The notes below the pieces were generated by a model. It had not been told where the DNA came from and ran no database searches. It was given only the letters and a program-made list of their open reading frames with translations. Of a stretch of 34,963 nucleotides of DNA, positions 19,556-28,601 are shown one piece after another; the stretch's first letter is position 1, and the number at the start of each line of letters is the position of its first letter. Source of the DNA: Hydrurus foetidus (Eukaryota); assembly GCA_900617105.1 (NCBI GenBank), contig UYFQ01000001.1, forward strand, positions 5,084,001 to 5,118,963. The letters run 5' to 3'. A program made the translations under genes and the position numbers.

Positions 19556-19960
19556 TCAGGCTGCTTGCACATGCTTGGCAAAATTGTTCAAGATGGCTTG
19601 CCAGCCATCACGTTGCTGGTCTGTGGAATGCGTCGTTTCTGCATCAAAAGTAACGCGTACCGTCACCCCGTGTTCGGCAGCAATAAACTCCACCACGCTG
19701 ATACGGTCACCAAAAGAATACTCAATGAGTTGATGTGGAACCAGCTTGGTGTAGATGCCCGCAAAATCAAAACCGGCACTGCCGTCTTTGGCTTCCATGC
19801 GCGAGCTAAACACGCCGCCCACACGCAGATCGCTGGTTGCGGCGGTGGTGTGCCAATCGCTAGATGCTGCATTCCATTGCTTGATGTGTTCAGGCGAAGT
19901 GTAGGCATTCCATACCTTTGCGATGGGCGCATGCACGAGCGTTTCAACAGAGATTTTCAT
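19556..19960 (-). CDS. SRPBCC/AHSA1 family protein
   Basis: APIAKVW.AYT.PEHIKQWN, DLRVGG.FSSRMEAKDGS, QRDGWQAIL. Confidence 0.9.
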   Translation of the reverse strand: MKISVETLVHAPIAKVWNAYTSPEHIKQWNAASSDWHTTAATSDLRVGGVFSSRMEAKDGSAGFDFAGIYTKLVPHQLIEYSFGDRISVVEFIAAEHGVTVRVTFDAETTHSTDQQRDGWQAILNNFAKHVQAA

Positions 19961-20030
19961 GACAGCTTCCTTTAAATTGGTTGCGTGAAAAATGACGGTT
20001 CAGGTTGTTGCTGTTGGCGCGCCAGTGCGT

Positions 20031-20498
20031 TCAACCCGGAATATTTGGCTCAACCAATCGCGCCAAATTAAGCAGCGATTCTTGCCAGCCAAGGTAGCAG
20101 GCTTCAACGGGGATCACGGCTGGAATACCGCTTTGAGTTGCGTGAATTTCTACGCCAACTGAAACTGCCCTTATCGTGATGCGAGTGGTCATTTCACCGG
20201 GCAGGTTGGGGTCGTCAAACTGCGATGTGTAGGCGATGCGTTCGTTGGGTTTGAGCTCAATGTATTTACCGCCAAAAAACATTTCGCCACCCGTGCTGAA
20301 GTTGGTAAAAGACATACGCCACGCGCCGCCGACAATCAAATCCATTGCATGCACATGTCCGGTGTAGCCGTTAGGCGGAAGCCAGCGGGCAAAGGCATCG
20401 GCTTGCGTGAAAGCACGCCAAATTTTCTCGGGTGTGCTGGTCAGCACGCGATGCAGTTGTACGGTATTGCCAGTTGCGGTGTTTTGCAAATCAGTCAT
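20031..20498 (-). CDS. SRPBCC/AHSA1 family protein
   Basis: LHRVL..TPEKIWRAF, WLPPNG, CYLGWQESL..LARLVEP; start overlaps the tetR stop (ATGACTGA). Confidence 0.9.
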   Translation of the reverse strand: MTDLQNTATGNTVQLHRVLTSTPEKIWRAFTQADAFARWLPPNGYTGHVHAMDLIVGGAWRMSFTNFSTGGEMFFGGKYIELKPNERIAYTSQFDDPNLPGEMTTRITIRAVSVGVEIHATQSGIPAVIPVEACYLGWQESLLNLARLVEPNIPG

Positions 20499-21138
20499 GT
20501 GTGGCACCTTGGGTTGGGTCAATTACTTTGTTGGGCGTGAGCAGCCCGGCTACATACCGGCGCAAGTGCCCAATGCACTGCGCGGCAATGTCTGAATGGC
20601 CTTGTGCTTTGGCGACGATGAATGCGCCCTGCAACGCTGCCTGGGTGTACAGCGCCAGACTTTCAGCTGTCCAGTCTGCATCGGGTGCATAAAGCGCCTT
20701 GGCGGCTTCAATCATGGGCACCAGCGTTTGCGCGTGGCCTTCAATGCCTTCGCGGCAAGCGGCGCGGATGGCGGGGTGGCTGCCATAGGTTTCTTGCACC
20801 ATCGTGCCGAGCAGGCAAGTGACGTCTGACAAGTCGCCCTGAACAATCTGAGCGCGAAAGTCGATGTAGGCGAGGATGCGTTCGCACGGGTCGGGCACTT
20901 GCTGGTACGGCGCGCTGGCAAACAGGCCGCCGGTCACACTATTCCAATGGTTGACTGCGGCAAGTGCCAAGTCTTCTTTGCCTGAAAAGTGGTGAAAGAA
21001 ACTGCCCTTGGTCACGCCCGCTGCGGCGCAAATGTCGTCCAGCGTGGTGGCGCTGTAGCCTTTGCTGCGGATGACTTTGAGTGCGGCGTCCAGCAGTTTG
21101 GTTTTAGAGCTGTGGGCTACGGATGCGATGGCGTTCAT
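20491..21138 (-). CDS. TetR/AcrR family transcriptional regulator (NemR-like)
   Basis: KGYSATTLDDICAAAGVTKGSFFHHF HTH; TCLLGTMVQE. Confidence 0.92.
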   Translation of the reverse strand: MNAIASVAHSSKTKLLDAALKVIRSKGYSATTLDDICAAAGVTKGSFFHHFSGKEDLALAAVNHWNSVTGGLFASAPYQQVPDPCERILAYIDFRAQIVQGDLSDVTCLLGTMVQETYGSHPAIRAACREGIEGHAQTLVPMIEAAKALYAPDADWTAESLALYTQAALQGAFIVAKAQGHSDIAAQCIGHLRRYVAGLLTPNKVIDPTQGATHD

Positions 21139-21170
21139 TGGAGCTTTGACTCATTTCGATGAAATATAAA

Positions 21171-21220
21171 CATACCGACTGGTTGGTTTGTATTGTACAT
21201 ACCAATCGGTATGGTATCAA
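21171..21220 (-). promoter_or_regulatory. Sigma70 promoter with two putative TetR operators
   Basis: Minus strand TTGATA(21220-21215)-17nt-TACAAT(21197-21192). Palindromes ATACCAATCGGTAT (in the spacer) and CATACCGACTGGTTGGTTTG (downstream of -10). Confidence 0.8.
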
Positions 21221-21263
21221 ATCAGTGTTTACCCGAAGCCGAGCAAATGCCTTGAAAAACACT

Positions 21264-21330
21264 CATTTTTAGTACAGAAATGCCTTGTAGCTCAATAAAA
21301 ACGGGCGCAAGCAGCTTCTGAATCAATAGC
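21264..21330 (+). repeat. R2 repeat copy 5
   Basis: CATTT..AAATG hairpin + TAGCTCAATAAAAACGGGCGCAAGCAGCTTCTGAATCAATAGC. Confidence 0.82.
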
Positions 21331-21671
21331 ATATAACCGCCTCGTTTGAAGCGCTGGTCACAGGCTCTATCGCCTGGGTGAACTACATGCTGCAGCCGCC
21401 CGTGAGGCAAATTTTGATTGTGGACGCGCCCACGATGCTGGGCTGGCAGCGCTGGCATCTGCTTGACGAGCGCTATTCGACCAGAGTGCTGCGCCAAGGT
21501 ATCGCTGAAGCACTTGGTGCAAAAGCCATCGGCTTTAAAGGCGATGCGCAATTTTTAACTGTGCTGGTCAATCGGGCGCTGAATGCGATTGCCCTGCGCG
21601 CGGGCACGCAAAATGATTTGAACGACCGGCGGGAGCAACTTCGGCTGTGGTTTGAGCTGATGCGCGCTTAA
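21330..21671 (+). pseudogene. Probable C-terminal fragment of a TetR-family regulator (HTH missing)
   Basis: Frame reads ASFEALVTGSIAWVNYMLQPPVRQILIVDAPTMLGWQRW..DERY; in-frame stop at 21327-21329 inside R2 copy 5. Confidence 0.55.
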
Positions 21672-21712
21672 GCGGGTGGCGCGCTTGCTTTTCAGGTTTC
21701 CAAAAAAATTCG

Positions 21713-21780
21713 GCATAAGCTTATGCGAATAAGCCTACTACTATTTATTCGTTTGCTTGCATAACGAGCGTCGCTATATT
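21713..21780 (+). promoter_or_regulatory. Putative cys operon promoter/regulator site
   Basis: Perfect palindrome GCATAAGCTTATGC (21713-21726); TTGCTT-16-TATATT upstream of tauE. Confidence 0.45.
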
Positions 21781-21788
21781 CGAGGGCT

Positions 21789-22592
21789 ATGTTTGAAATT
21801 GCCGCCTGGATTCCGTTTGTTGTTGCTGGTTTTGCCGTTGGCATGGTGGTGGGCCTGACGGGCGTGGGCGGTGGGTCTTTGATGACGCCGCTGCTGATAT
21901 TTGGCTTTGGCATCAAGCCGCACCTGGCGATTGGCACAGACTTGCTGTTTGCCGCCTTTACCAAGCTGGGCGGCACCGTTAGCCTGGCGCGCAAGCGGGT
22001 CATTGACTGGCCGGTAGTGGGGCAAATGGCGCTGGGCAGTGTGCCTGCCACACTCATTACCCTGCAGGTGCTGAAATCCGCTGGCCCCGCCAACCCCACT
22101 ACGCAAAGCCTGATGACCACTACGCTGGGCATTGCCTTGTTACTCACGGCGGCTGCTACTTTTTACAAAGCCCTGCGCGGAAAAGCAGCGCCTACCTACA
22201 TCGCGCCAGACCAATTGGCCAAAGCCACGCGCGCGCGCCACTGGGCGCTGCCAGTGCTGTTTGGCGCGCTAATTGGCACGCTGGTTACCCTTACGTCAGT
22301 CGGCGCTGGGGCCATTGGCGTGATTGTGCTGATGCTGCTTTATCCGGCCCTGCCCCTGCAGCGCATTGTGGCGGCTGACATTGCGCACGCCGTGCCGCTG
22401 ACGCTGGTGGCGGGCTTTGGGCACGCGGCGTTGGGCTCGGTTGACTGGCTGTTGCTGGCCAAGTTGCTGGCGGGCTCGTTGCCCGGTATTTACCTGGGCA
22501 CTTACCTCATGCACAAAACGCCAGACCGGGTGATTCGATCGCTGCTGTCGGTGCTGCTAGCCTACGCAGGCGCGAAATTGATTGCGATTTAA
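21789..22592 (+). CDS. TauE/SafE family sulfite exporter / anion permease
   Basis: GLTGVGGGSLMTP, AIGTDLLFAA, LTSVGAGA, DIAHAVPLTLVAG; multi-TM. Confidence 0.9.
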   Translation: MFEIAAWIPFVVAGFAVGMVVGLTGVGGGSLMTPLLIFGFGIKPHLAIGTDLLFAAFTKLGGTVSLARKRVIDWPVVGQMALGSVPATLITLQVLKSAGPANPTTQSLMTTTLGIALLLTAAATFYKALRGKAAPTYIAPDQLAKATRARHWALPVLFGALIGTLVTLTSVGAGAIGVIVLMLLYPALPLQRIVAADIAHAVPLTLVAGFGHAALGSVDWLLLAKLLAGSLPGIYLGTYLMHKTPDRVIRSLLSVLLAYAGAKLIAI

Positions 22593-22596
22593 ATTT

Positions 22597-24417
22597 ATGT
22601 ATCAATACACTGACTTCGATAAAAAATTTGTTCAGGCGCGTGCTACCCAGTACCGCGATCAGCTCACCCGCTGGCAAGCCGGGCATTTGCCTGAAGAAGA
22701 ATTTCGCCCATTGCGGCTGCAAAACGGCTGGTACGTGCAGCGCTACGCCCCCATGCTGCGGGTCGCGGTGCCGTACGGCGAGCTGAACTCGGCACAGCTT
22801 CGCGTGCTGGCCACTATTGCGCGTGACTATGACCAGCCAAACGCAGCGCTGTTTAACGACGCGCAAGCTGCGCAAGACAAGCTGGGTGATATTCCTTTGC
22901 CCGCAGGCAAGTCGGTAAAAACCAACCTGACCAAAGGCTACGGCCACTTCACCACACGCCAAAACGTGCAGTACAACTGGATTCCACTCGACAAATCTGC
23001 CGACGTGATGGACCTGCTGGCCAGCGTCAACATGCACGGCATTCAAACCAGTGGCAACTGCATTCGCAACATCACCAGCGACGAGCGCGCCGGCATTGCG
23101 GCTGACGAGCTGGCCGACCCGCGCCCGTTTGCTGAAATCATGCGGCAGTGGAGCACGCTGCACCCGGAGTTTGCGTTTTTGCCGCGCAAATTCAAAATTG
23201 CAATTACCGGCGCGTTAGAAGACCGTGCGGCAACCGCTTGGCACGACGTGGGCCTACACATGATTAAAAACGACGTAGGTGAGTTGGGTTTTAAAGTGCT
23301 GGTCGGCGGCGGAATGGGCCGCACGCCAGTGATTGCCAGCACGTTGACTGAGTTCTTGCCGTGGGACCAAATTCTTAATTATTTAGAGGCCATCGTGCGC
23401 GCCTACAACCGCTTTGGCCGCCGCGACAACATATACAAAGCGCGTATCAAGATTTTGGTCAAAGCCGAAGGTCAGCGTTTTGTAGATGAAGTAGAAGCCG
23501 AGTACAAAGCTATTGTTGAAATTGACGGCGCGCCGCACACCGTCACGCAAGCAGAGCTTGACCGCGTGTCCGCATCTTTCGTTGCGCCCGATTTAAGCTG
23601 CAACCGAACAGACGCCGAGGCAAAAATAGCCAACATTTTGCGCGCGGCGGCTGAAGACGACCTGGAGTTTTCGCGCTGGTTGCAGCAAAACGTAGCACCC
23701 CACAAAAACGGTGATTTACGCATCGTCACGCTGTCGTTCAAGCGGCTGGGCCAAGCGCCGGGCGATGCGACCGCCGACCAATTGGGCTTAGCGGCTGACC
23801 TGGCTGACCAGTTCAGTGCCGGTGAAGCGCGCGTCACGCACGACCAAAATCTGGTGCTGCCATGGGTGCGCTGCGACCAGTTGCCCGAGCTGTGGCGCGC
23901 AGCCCGCAAAGCCGGTTTTGCGCGCACCAACATTCGCCTGCTGACCGACATGATTGCCTGCCCCGGCGGCGACTTTTGCAGCCTGGCCAACGCCCGCAGC
24001 CTGCCGCTGGCTGAAGCCATTACGCGCCGCTACGAAGACATGGACGAGCTGCACGACCTGGGCGAAATTGACCTGCACATCAGCGGCTGCATCAATTCAT
24101 GCGGGCACCACCACAGCGGACACATTGGCATTTTGGGCGTTGATAAAGACGGCAAAGAGTGGTACCAGCTCACGCTGGGCGGGTCTGATGGCTCAACGCT
24201 GTCTGGCCCGCCCGTGGCCGGCAAAGCCGTTGGCCCGTCGTTTTCAGCCGCTGAAGTGCCTGATGTGATTGAAGCCGTGCTGGATGTGTACCGCGCCCAG
24301 CGTTTAGCTGGCCAGACTGAGACATTTATTGCCGCGCTGCGCCGCTTGGGGGCTGAGCCGTTTAAGCAGGCGGCCAACGCTGCGCGCCATGCAGTGCAAA
24401 TTGCAGAGGTTGTTTAA
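22597..24417 (+). CDS. cysI: Sulfite reductase hemoprotein (ferredoxin-type nitrite/sulfite reductase)
   Basis: MYQYTDFD, HFTTRQNVQ, LPRKFKIA, ACPGGDFCSLA, ISGCINSCGHHH siroheme/4Fe-4S motifs. Confidence 0.92.
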   Translation: MYQYTDFDKKFVQARATQYRDQLTRWQAGHLPEEEFRPLRLQNGWYVQRYAPMLRVAVPYGELNSAQLRVLATIARDYDQPNAALFNDAQAAQDKLGDIPLPAGKSVKTNLTKGYGHFTTRQNVQYNWIPLDKSADVMDLLASVNMHGIQTSGNCIRNITSDERAGIAADELADPRPFAEIMRQWSTLHPEFAFLPRKFKIAITGALEDRAATAWHDVGLHMIKNDVGELGFKVLVGGGMGRTPVIASTLTEFLPWDQILNYLEAIVRAYNRFGRRDNIYKARIKILVKAEGQRFVDEVEAEYKAIVEIDGAPHTVTQAELDRVSASFVAPDLSCNRTDAEAKIANILRAAAEDDLEFSRWLQQNVAPHKNGDLRIVTLSFKRLGQAPGDATADQLGLAADLADQFSAGEARVTHDQNLVLPWVRCDQLPELWRAARKAGFARTNIRLLTDMIACPGGDFCSLANARSLPLAEAITRRYEDMDELHDLGEIDLHISGCINSCGHHHSGHIGILGVDKDGKEWYQLTLGGSDGSTLSGPPVAGKAVGPSFSAAEVPDVIEAVLDVYRAQRLAGQTETFIAALRRLGAEPFKQAANAARHAVQIAEVV

Positions 24418-24419
24418 TC

Positions 24420-24839
24420 ATGACGATAAGTACTATGAAATTAATAGCTGCTTGCGCCCGTATTCATACGGCTACAGGCCAAAATGATGCTGGAAAGAGC
24501 ATTAAAATCGCCAACTCTGAAGACCCGCGTGACCTTTTATTGGCGGGCGTTGAAAGCATCGAGCTCGACTTCCCCAAATTCACCGACGGCCGTGCTTTCA
24601 GCCAAGCGTTTTTGCTCAGCCGCCGTCTGGGTTTCAAAGGCGAAATTGTGGCTGCAGGCGACGTGTTGATTGATCAGCTCGCGCAAATGCAGCGCAGCGG
24701 GTTTACGGCTGCGGTGTTGCGTGACGACCAACCGCTGGATGTGGCCCAACGCGTTTTGGCCGAGTACCCGGGGTTTGATGTGGGTGCGTATCAGGGTGAC
24801 GCGGTTCATGTCAGCCCGCATTTTTTGGAGGCAGCTTGA
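24420..24839 (+). CDS. DUF934 domain protein (alternative start 24435)
   Basis: FPKFTDGRAFSQA.LL.RRLGFKGE, GDVLIDQL..MQRSGF, YQGD. Confidence 0.88.
   Translation: MTISTMKLIAACARIHTATGQNDAGKSIKIANSEDPRDLLLAGVESIELDFPKFTDGRAFSQAFLLSRRLGFKGEIVAAGDVLIDQLAQMQRSGFTAAVLRDDQPLDVAQRVLAEYPGFDVGAYQGDAVHVSPHFLEAA
24431..24500 (-). repeat. R2 repeat copy 6, inside the DUF934 5' coding region
   Basis: TACTATGAAATTAATAGCTGCTTGCGCCCGTATTCATACGGCTACAGGCC. Confidence 0.82.
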
Positions 24840-24941
24840 AGAGCCCTCACCCCCGCCCTCTCCCGCAAGCGGGCGAGGGAGTAACGCACCGTCGCCTTGC
24901 TCCTTCTCCCCAGCGGGCAGAAGGCTGGGGTGAGGGTTCTT
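24839..24941. repeat. R1 palindromic repeat, intergenic copy (DUF934/cysH)
   Basis: AAGAGCCCTCACCCC...GGGGTGAGGGTTCTT terminal inverted repeats with internal hairpins. Confidence 0.9.
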
Positions 24942-24955
24942 TGATTGCATAAACC

Positions 24956-25732
24956 ATGACAGCTATTTCCCTTTACGCCAAACCCTCAGCGACCTTCGCG
25001 CAAAAGCTCGAAGCCAGTAGGGCGCTGCTCCTATCTGCCGCAGCTCAGTTCGACCCCATCACGCAAGCCTCCAGCCTCGGAGTCGAAGACATGGTCGTCA
25101 CGCATCTGATTGCTGAAACAGCCATACCCGCCAGCATCTTCGTACTGGACACGCGCATGCTGCACGCCGAAACGCTGGCCTTAATCGGCAGACTTGAGGC
25201 TCGCTACAACCTCAAAGTCGATGTGTACCAACCCGACGCAATTACCGCTGAAAACTTCATCGCCACCCACGGCGAAGGCGCGATGTACAAAAGCCTTGAA
25301 TTGCGCAAGGCCTGCTGCGATTTCAGAAAAATGGAGCCACTGGCACGCGCTTTAGACGGCAAGCAGGCGTGGATTACCGGGCTGCGTCGCGAACAATCGA
25401 CCGCCCGTGCCGACGTACCCGACATTGAACAAACCGGCGGGCGAGCCAAAGTTAACCCGCTGGCTGACTGGACCAATGGCGATGTGTGGCACTTTATTTC
25501 GATCAACAACATTCCGTACAACCCGCTGCACGATGCGTTTTTCCCGAGCATCGGCTGCGCTCCGTGCACCCGCGCCGTGACGCTGGGTGAAGACCCCCGC
25601 TCGGGCCGCTGGTGGTGGGAGCAAGCCAGCGCCAAGGAATGCGGCCTGCACGTTGATGCGGGTGGCGCAGCCCAAGAGCCTGCCGCGTTTGAATCACTTT
25701 CCAAAATCAAAATAACAGAAATCTCCGCATGA
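24956..25732 (+). CDS. cysH: APS reductase (CysH family, [4Fe-4S] type)
   Basis: CC (KACCDFRK) + CxxC (SIGCAPCT) + C-terminal ECGLH. Confidence 0.92.
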   Translation: MTAISLYAKPSATFAQKLEASRALLLSAAAQFDPITQASSLGVEDMVVTHLIAETAIPASIFVLDTRMLHAETLALIGRLEARYNLKVDVYQPDAITAENFIATHGEGAMYKSLELRKACCDFRKMEPLARALDGKQAWITGLRREQSTARADVPDIEQTGGRAKVNPLADWTNGDVWHFISINNIPYNPLHDAFFPSIGCAPCTRAVTLGEDPRSGRWWWEQASAKECGLHVDAGGAAQEPAAFESLSKIKITEISA

Positions 25733-26664
25733 ACGCCCGTACCGATCACACCCTTGAGCGCCCCGCACTTAGCAACGCCCACCTGGATGCGCTGGAGGAA
25801 GAAGCGATATTTATCTTGCGTGAAGTCGCCGCCGCTTTCGAGCGCCCTACGCTGCTTTTTTCGGGCGGCAAAGACTCGCTGGTGCTTTTGAAGTGCGCTG
25901 AAAAAGCATTTGGCGCGGGCAACATTCCCTACCCACTTTTGATGATTGATACGGGTCACAACTTCAAGGAAGTCACCGACTTTCGCGACTACCGGGCCAA
26001 ACAGCTCGGTGCGAATTTAGTTGTGCGCAGTGTTGAAGATTCAATGGCGCGCGGCACTGTGCGCCTCGCGCACCCCGGCGAGTCCCGCAACGTGCACCAG
26101 TCTGTGACGCTGCTGGAAGCGATAGATGAATTCAGGTTTGATGCACTTATTGGCGGCGCCCGACGCGATGAAGAAAAGGCTAGAGCCAAAGAGCGCATTT
26201 TTTCGCACCGCGATGCTTTTGGCCAATGGCAACCCAAAGCCCAGCGGCCCGAGCTGTGGACGCTGTTCAATACCCGCATTCAGCCGGGCGAGCACTTTCG
26301 TGTGTTCCCCATCAGCAACTGGACCGAACTCGATGTGTGGCAATACATTGAACGTGAAAACATCGAACTGCCGTCGCTTTACTACGCGCACCAAAGGAGC
26401 GTGGTTGAACGCAAAGGGTTGCTGGTGCCAGTGACTGAACTCACCCCGTTAAAAGAGGGTGAAGTGGCAACGGAGCAAACCGTGCGTTTTCGCACTGTGG
26501 GCGACATCACCTGCACCTGCCCGGTCAGCAGCCCTGCCCTTACCGCTGCCGATGTCGTGCTGGAAACACTGGCTGCAGACGTGAGCGAACGTGGTGCAAC
26601 GCGCATGGACGACAAAACGTCTGATGCATCGATGGAAAAACGAAAAAAAGAAGGTTACTTTTGA
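25729..26664 (+). CDS. cysD: Sulfate adenylyltransferase subunit 2
   Basis: FSGGKDS, GGARRDEEKARAKER, RFRTVG, SMEKRKKEGYF. Confidence 0.96.
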   Translation: MNARTDHTLERPALSNAHLDALEEEAIFILREVAAAFERPTLLFSGGKDSLVLLKCAEKAFGAGNIPYPLLMIDTGHNFKEVTDFRDYRAKQLGANLVVRSVEDSMARGTVRLAHPGESRNVHQSVTLLEAIDEFRFDALIGGARRDEEKARAKERIFSHRDAFGQWQPKAQRPELWTLFNTRIQPGEHFRVFPISNWTELDVWQYIERENIELPSLYYAHQRSVVERKGLLVPVTELTPLKEGEVATEQTVRFRTVGDITCTCPVSSPALTAADVVLETLAADVSERGATRMDDKTSDASMEKRKKEGYF

Positions 26665-26666
26665 CT

Positions 26667-26747
26667 CCCCCCGGGCGGGCTTTGCCCGCTTCCCCTCAAG
26701 GGGCGGCGCCTGCGGCCTGGCAAAGCCAGATCCGCGGCCCCCGCTTG
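26667..26747 (+). repeat. GC-rich multi-hairpin repeat family R3, copy 1
   Basis: GCGGGC-TTT-GCCCGC; CCCCTCAAGGGG; CCTGCGGCCTGGCAAAGCCAGATCCGCG core shared with 28521-28557. Confidence 0.8.
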
Positions 26748-26775
26748 TAAAGGCACTTCCATTTTTTAGAACTAC

Positions 26776-28092
26776 ATGAACACCGCAACCACCGTTTCCC
26801 AGCCCCCAAACATCACAGACGAGCAAGACACCCGCGCAGCCCTGCGCTTCGTCACCTGCGGCAGCGTAGACGACGGCAAAAGCACACTCATTGGCCGCTT
26901 GCTGGTAGACAGCAAAACAGTGTTGCAAGACCAGCTGGCTGGCGTACAACGCGGTGGGCAAACAGACCTCGCGCTGCTGACCGACGGGCTGCAAGCAGAG
27001 CGCGAGCAAGGCATCACGATTGATGTGGCTTACCGTTACTTCAACACGGCTGCTCGCAAATTCATCATTGCCGACGCGCCGGGCCATGAGCAGTACACCC
27101 GCAATATGGTCACCGCTGCATCGAGTTCTGACGCTGCCGTGGTGCTGGTTGACGCGACCAAGCTCAACTGGCAAGCCGCGTTGCCCGAGTTGCTGCCACA
27201 AACCCGCCGCCATTCGCTGTTAGTCAACTTGCTGCGCGTGCCTTCGATTGTTTTTACTATCAACAAGCTTGACGCAGTAGCCAACCCCGAGTTGGCGCTT
27301 GCCAACATCAGCGCCGCGCTTACGCAGTTTGCAAATGATGCGGGTATTTCCATCGCCGCGATTGTTCCCATTTCAGCGCTAATTGGCTTTAATGTGGTGG
27401 ATAAAAACCCAGGCTGGTGCAATTACAACGGGCGCAGCCTGCTACAAATATTAGAGCAGTTAAGCAGTGCACCAGCAGATACGCATCAACCATTCGCCTT
27501 ACCTGTGCAATGGGTCGAGAAACCTGAAACCAACAACAACGACACCTCCCAGGGTCGAAGAATCTTTTGGGGCCGCATCGCCAGCGGCACGGCGCAACCG
27601 GGCGTTGAAGTCACCGTCATGCCAAGCGGCAAATCAGCAAAAATCGCGCAGGTATTGAGCCATACCCGTCAACCTAAAACCGTAGCCGCCAATCACAGCG
27701 CAGGCATCATTTTGGACGGTGAACTGGACGTTTCACGCGGCGATTGGCTGCTGGCAACCAGCGACGCTAACCCCAACCCCGGCATCAAAGAAATCACCGC
27801 CACTGTCGCCTGGATGGACGACGAACCGTTGATTGCGGGCCGCCTGTATTGGGCGCTGCACGGCCACCGCTGGGTCAAAGCAAAAGTCAAGCGCATCGTG
27901 AGCAACATCAATATCAACACGCTTGAAAGCCATGACGCGAGTCAGCTCGATGCCAATGCCATTGGCATTGTGGAGCTGGCGCTGTTAGAACCCATTGCCG
28001 CCGTGCCGTACAAGCAGTCGCGCAGCCTGGGCGCGCTGATTTTGGTCGACACCGCCAGCCACAAAACCTCAGGCGCGGCTCTGGTCCTCTAA
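26776..28092 (+). CDS. cysN: Sulfate adenylyltransferase subunit 1 (GTPase)
   Basis: CGSVDDGKSTLIGRL, EREQGITIDVAYRYF, DAPGHEQY, NKLD; no fused CysC. Confidence 0.95.
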   Translation: MNTATTVSQPPNITDEQDTRAALRFVTCGSVDDGKSTLIGRLLVDSKTVLQDQLAGVQRGGQTDLALLTDGLQAEREQGITIDVAYRYFNTAARKFIIADAPGHEQYTRNMVTAASSSDAAVVLVDATKLNWQAALPELLPQTRRHSLLVNLLRVPSIVFTINKLDAVANPELALANISAALTQFANDAGISIAAIVPISALIGFNVVDKNPGWCNYNGRSLLQILEQLSSAPADTHQPFALPVQWVEKPETNNNDTSQGRRIFWGRIASGTAQPGVEVTVMPSGKSAKIAQVLSHTRQPKTVAANHSAGIILDGELDVSRGDWLLATSDANPNPGIKEITATVAWMDDEPLIAGRLYWALHGHRWVKAKVKRIVSNININTLESHDASQLDANAIGIVELALLEPIAAVPYKQSRSLGALILVDTASHKTSGAALVL

Positions 28093-28137
28093 ACCCCTTA
28101 AAATAAGCAATCATTTTTTAGCTTCTGCGTAACCCAC

Positions 28138-28467
28138 ATGACCCACATCGTCACTGAATCCTGCATCCGCTGTAAGTACACCGACTGTGTGGACGTTTGC
28201 CCGGTAGATTGCTTTCGCGAAGGCCCGAACATGCTGGTGATTGACCCAGACGAGTGCATTGACTGCGCCGTTTGCATTCCCGAATGCCCGGTCAACGCCA
28301 TTTATGCAGAAGAAGACACGCCCGCCGACCAGATGAATTTCATCCAGATCAACACCGAGCTCAGCCGCGCGGCAGGCTGGAAAAGCATCACCAAGCGCAA
28401 GCAGCCGCCTGCAGATGCGGATGAGTGGAAAGACAAAACCGGGAAGCTTAGCGAATTAATTCGCTAA
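28138..28467 (+). CDS. fdxA: 7Fe-type ferredoxin
   Basis: CIRCKYTDCVDVCPVDCF, CIDCAVCIPECP. Confidence 0.93.
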   Translation: MTHIVTESCIRCKYTDCVDVCPVDCFREGPNMLVIDPDECIDCAVCIPECPVNAIYAEEDTPADQMNFIQINTELSRAAGWKSITKRKQPPADADEWKDKTGKLSELIR

Positions 28468-28507
28468 GTGGCACACCCCCTCCGGATGCTCACAACGCGC
28501 GCCACCA

Positions 28508-28566
28508 ACCCCCCTTGCAGGGGGCGACACCTGCGGCCTGGCAAAGCCAGTTCCGCGATGTCCGGC
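28508..28566 (+). repeat. R3 repeat copy 2
   Basis: CCCCCTTGCAGGGGG-CGACA-CCTGCGGCCTGGCAAAGCCAGTTCCGCG-ATGTC. Confidence 0.8.
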
Positions 28567-28601
28567 AATAAAAACACCAACCTTCGCAAGTGTGTCTGCT
28601 A

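Noticed and set aside
24537..24950. 137-aa minus-strand ORF containing PHPSLLPAGE / PLAGEGGGEG
   Set aside because: Translation of the R1 repeat plus antisense DUF934; no independent evidence of a gene.
25204..27213. Long antisense ORFs (251 and 254 aa) over cysH/cysD/cysN
   Set aside because: Typical shadow frames of GC-rich conserved genes.
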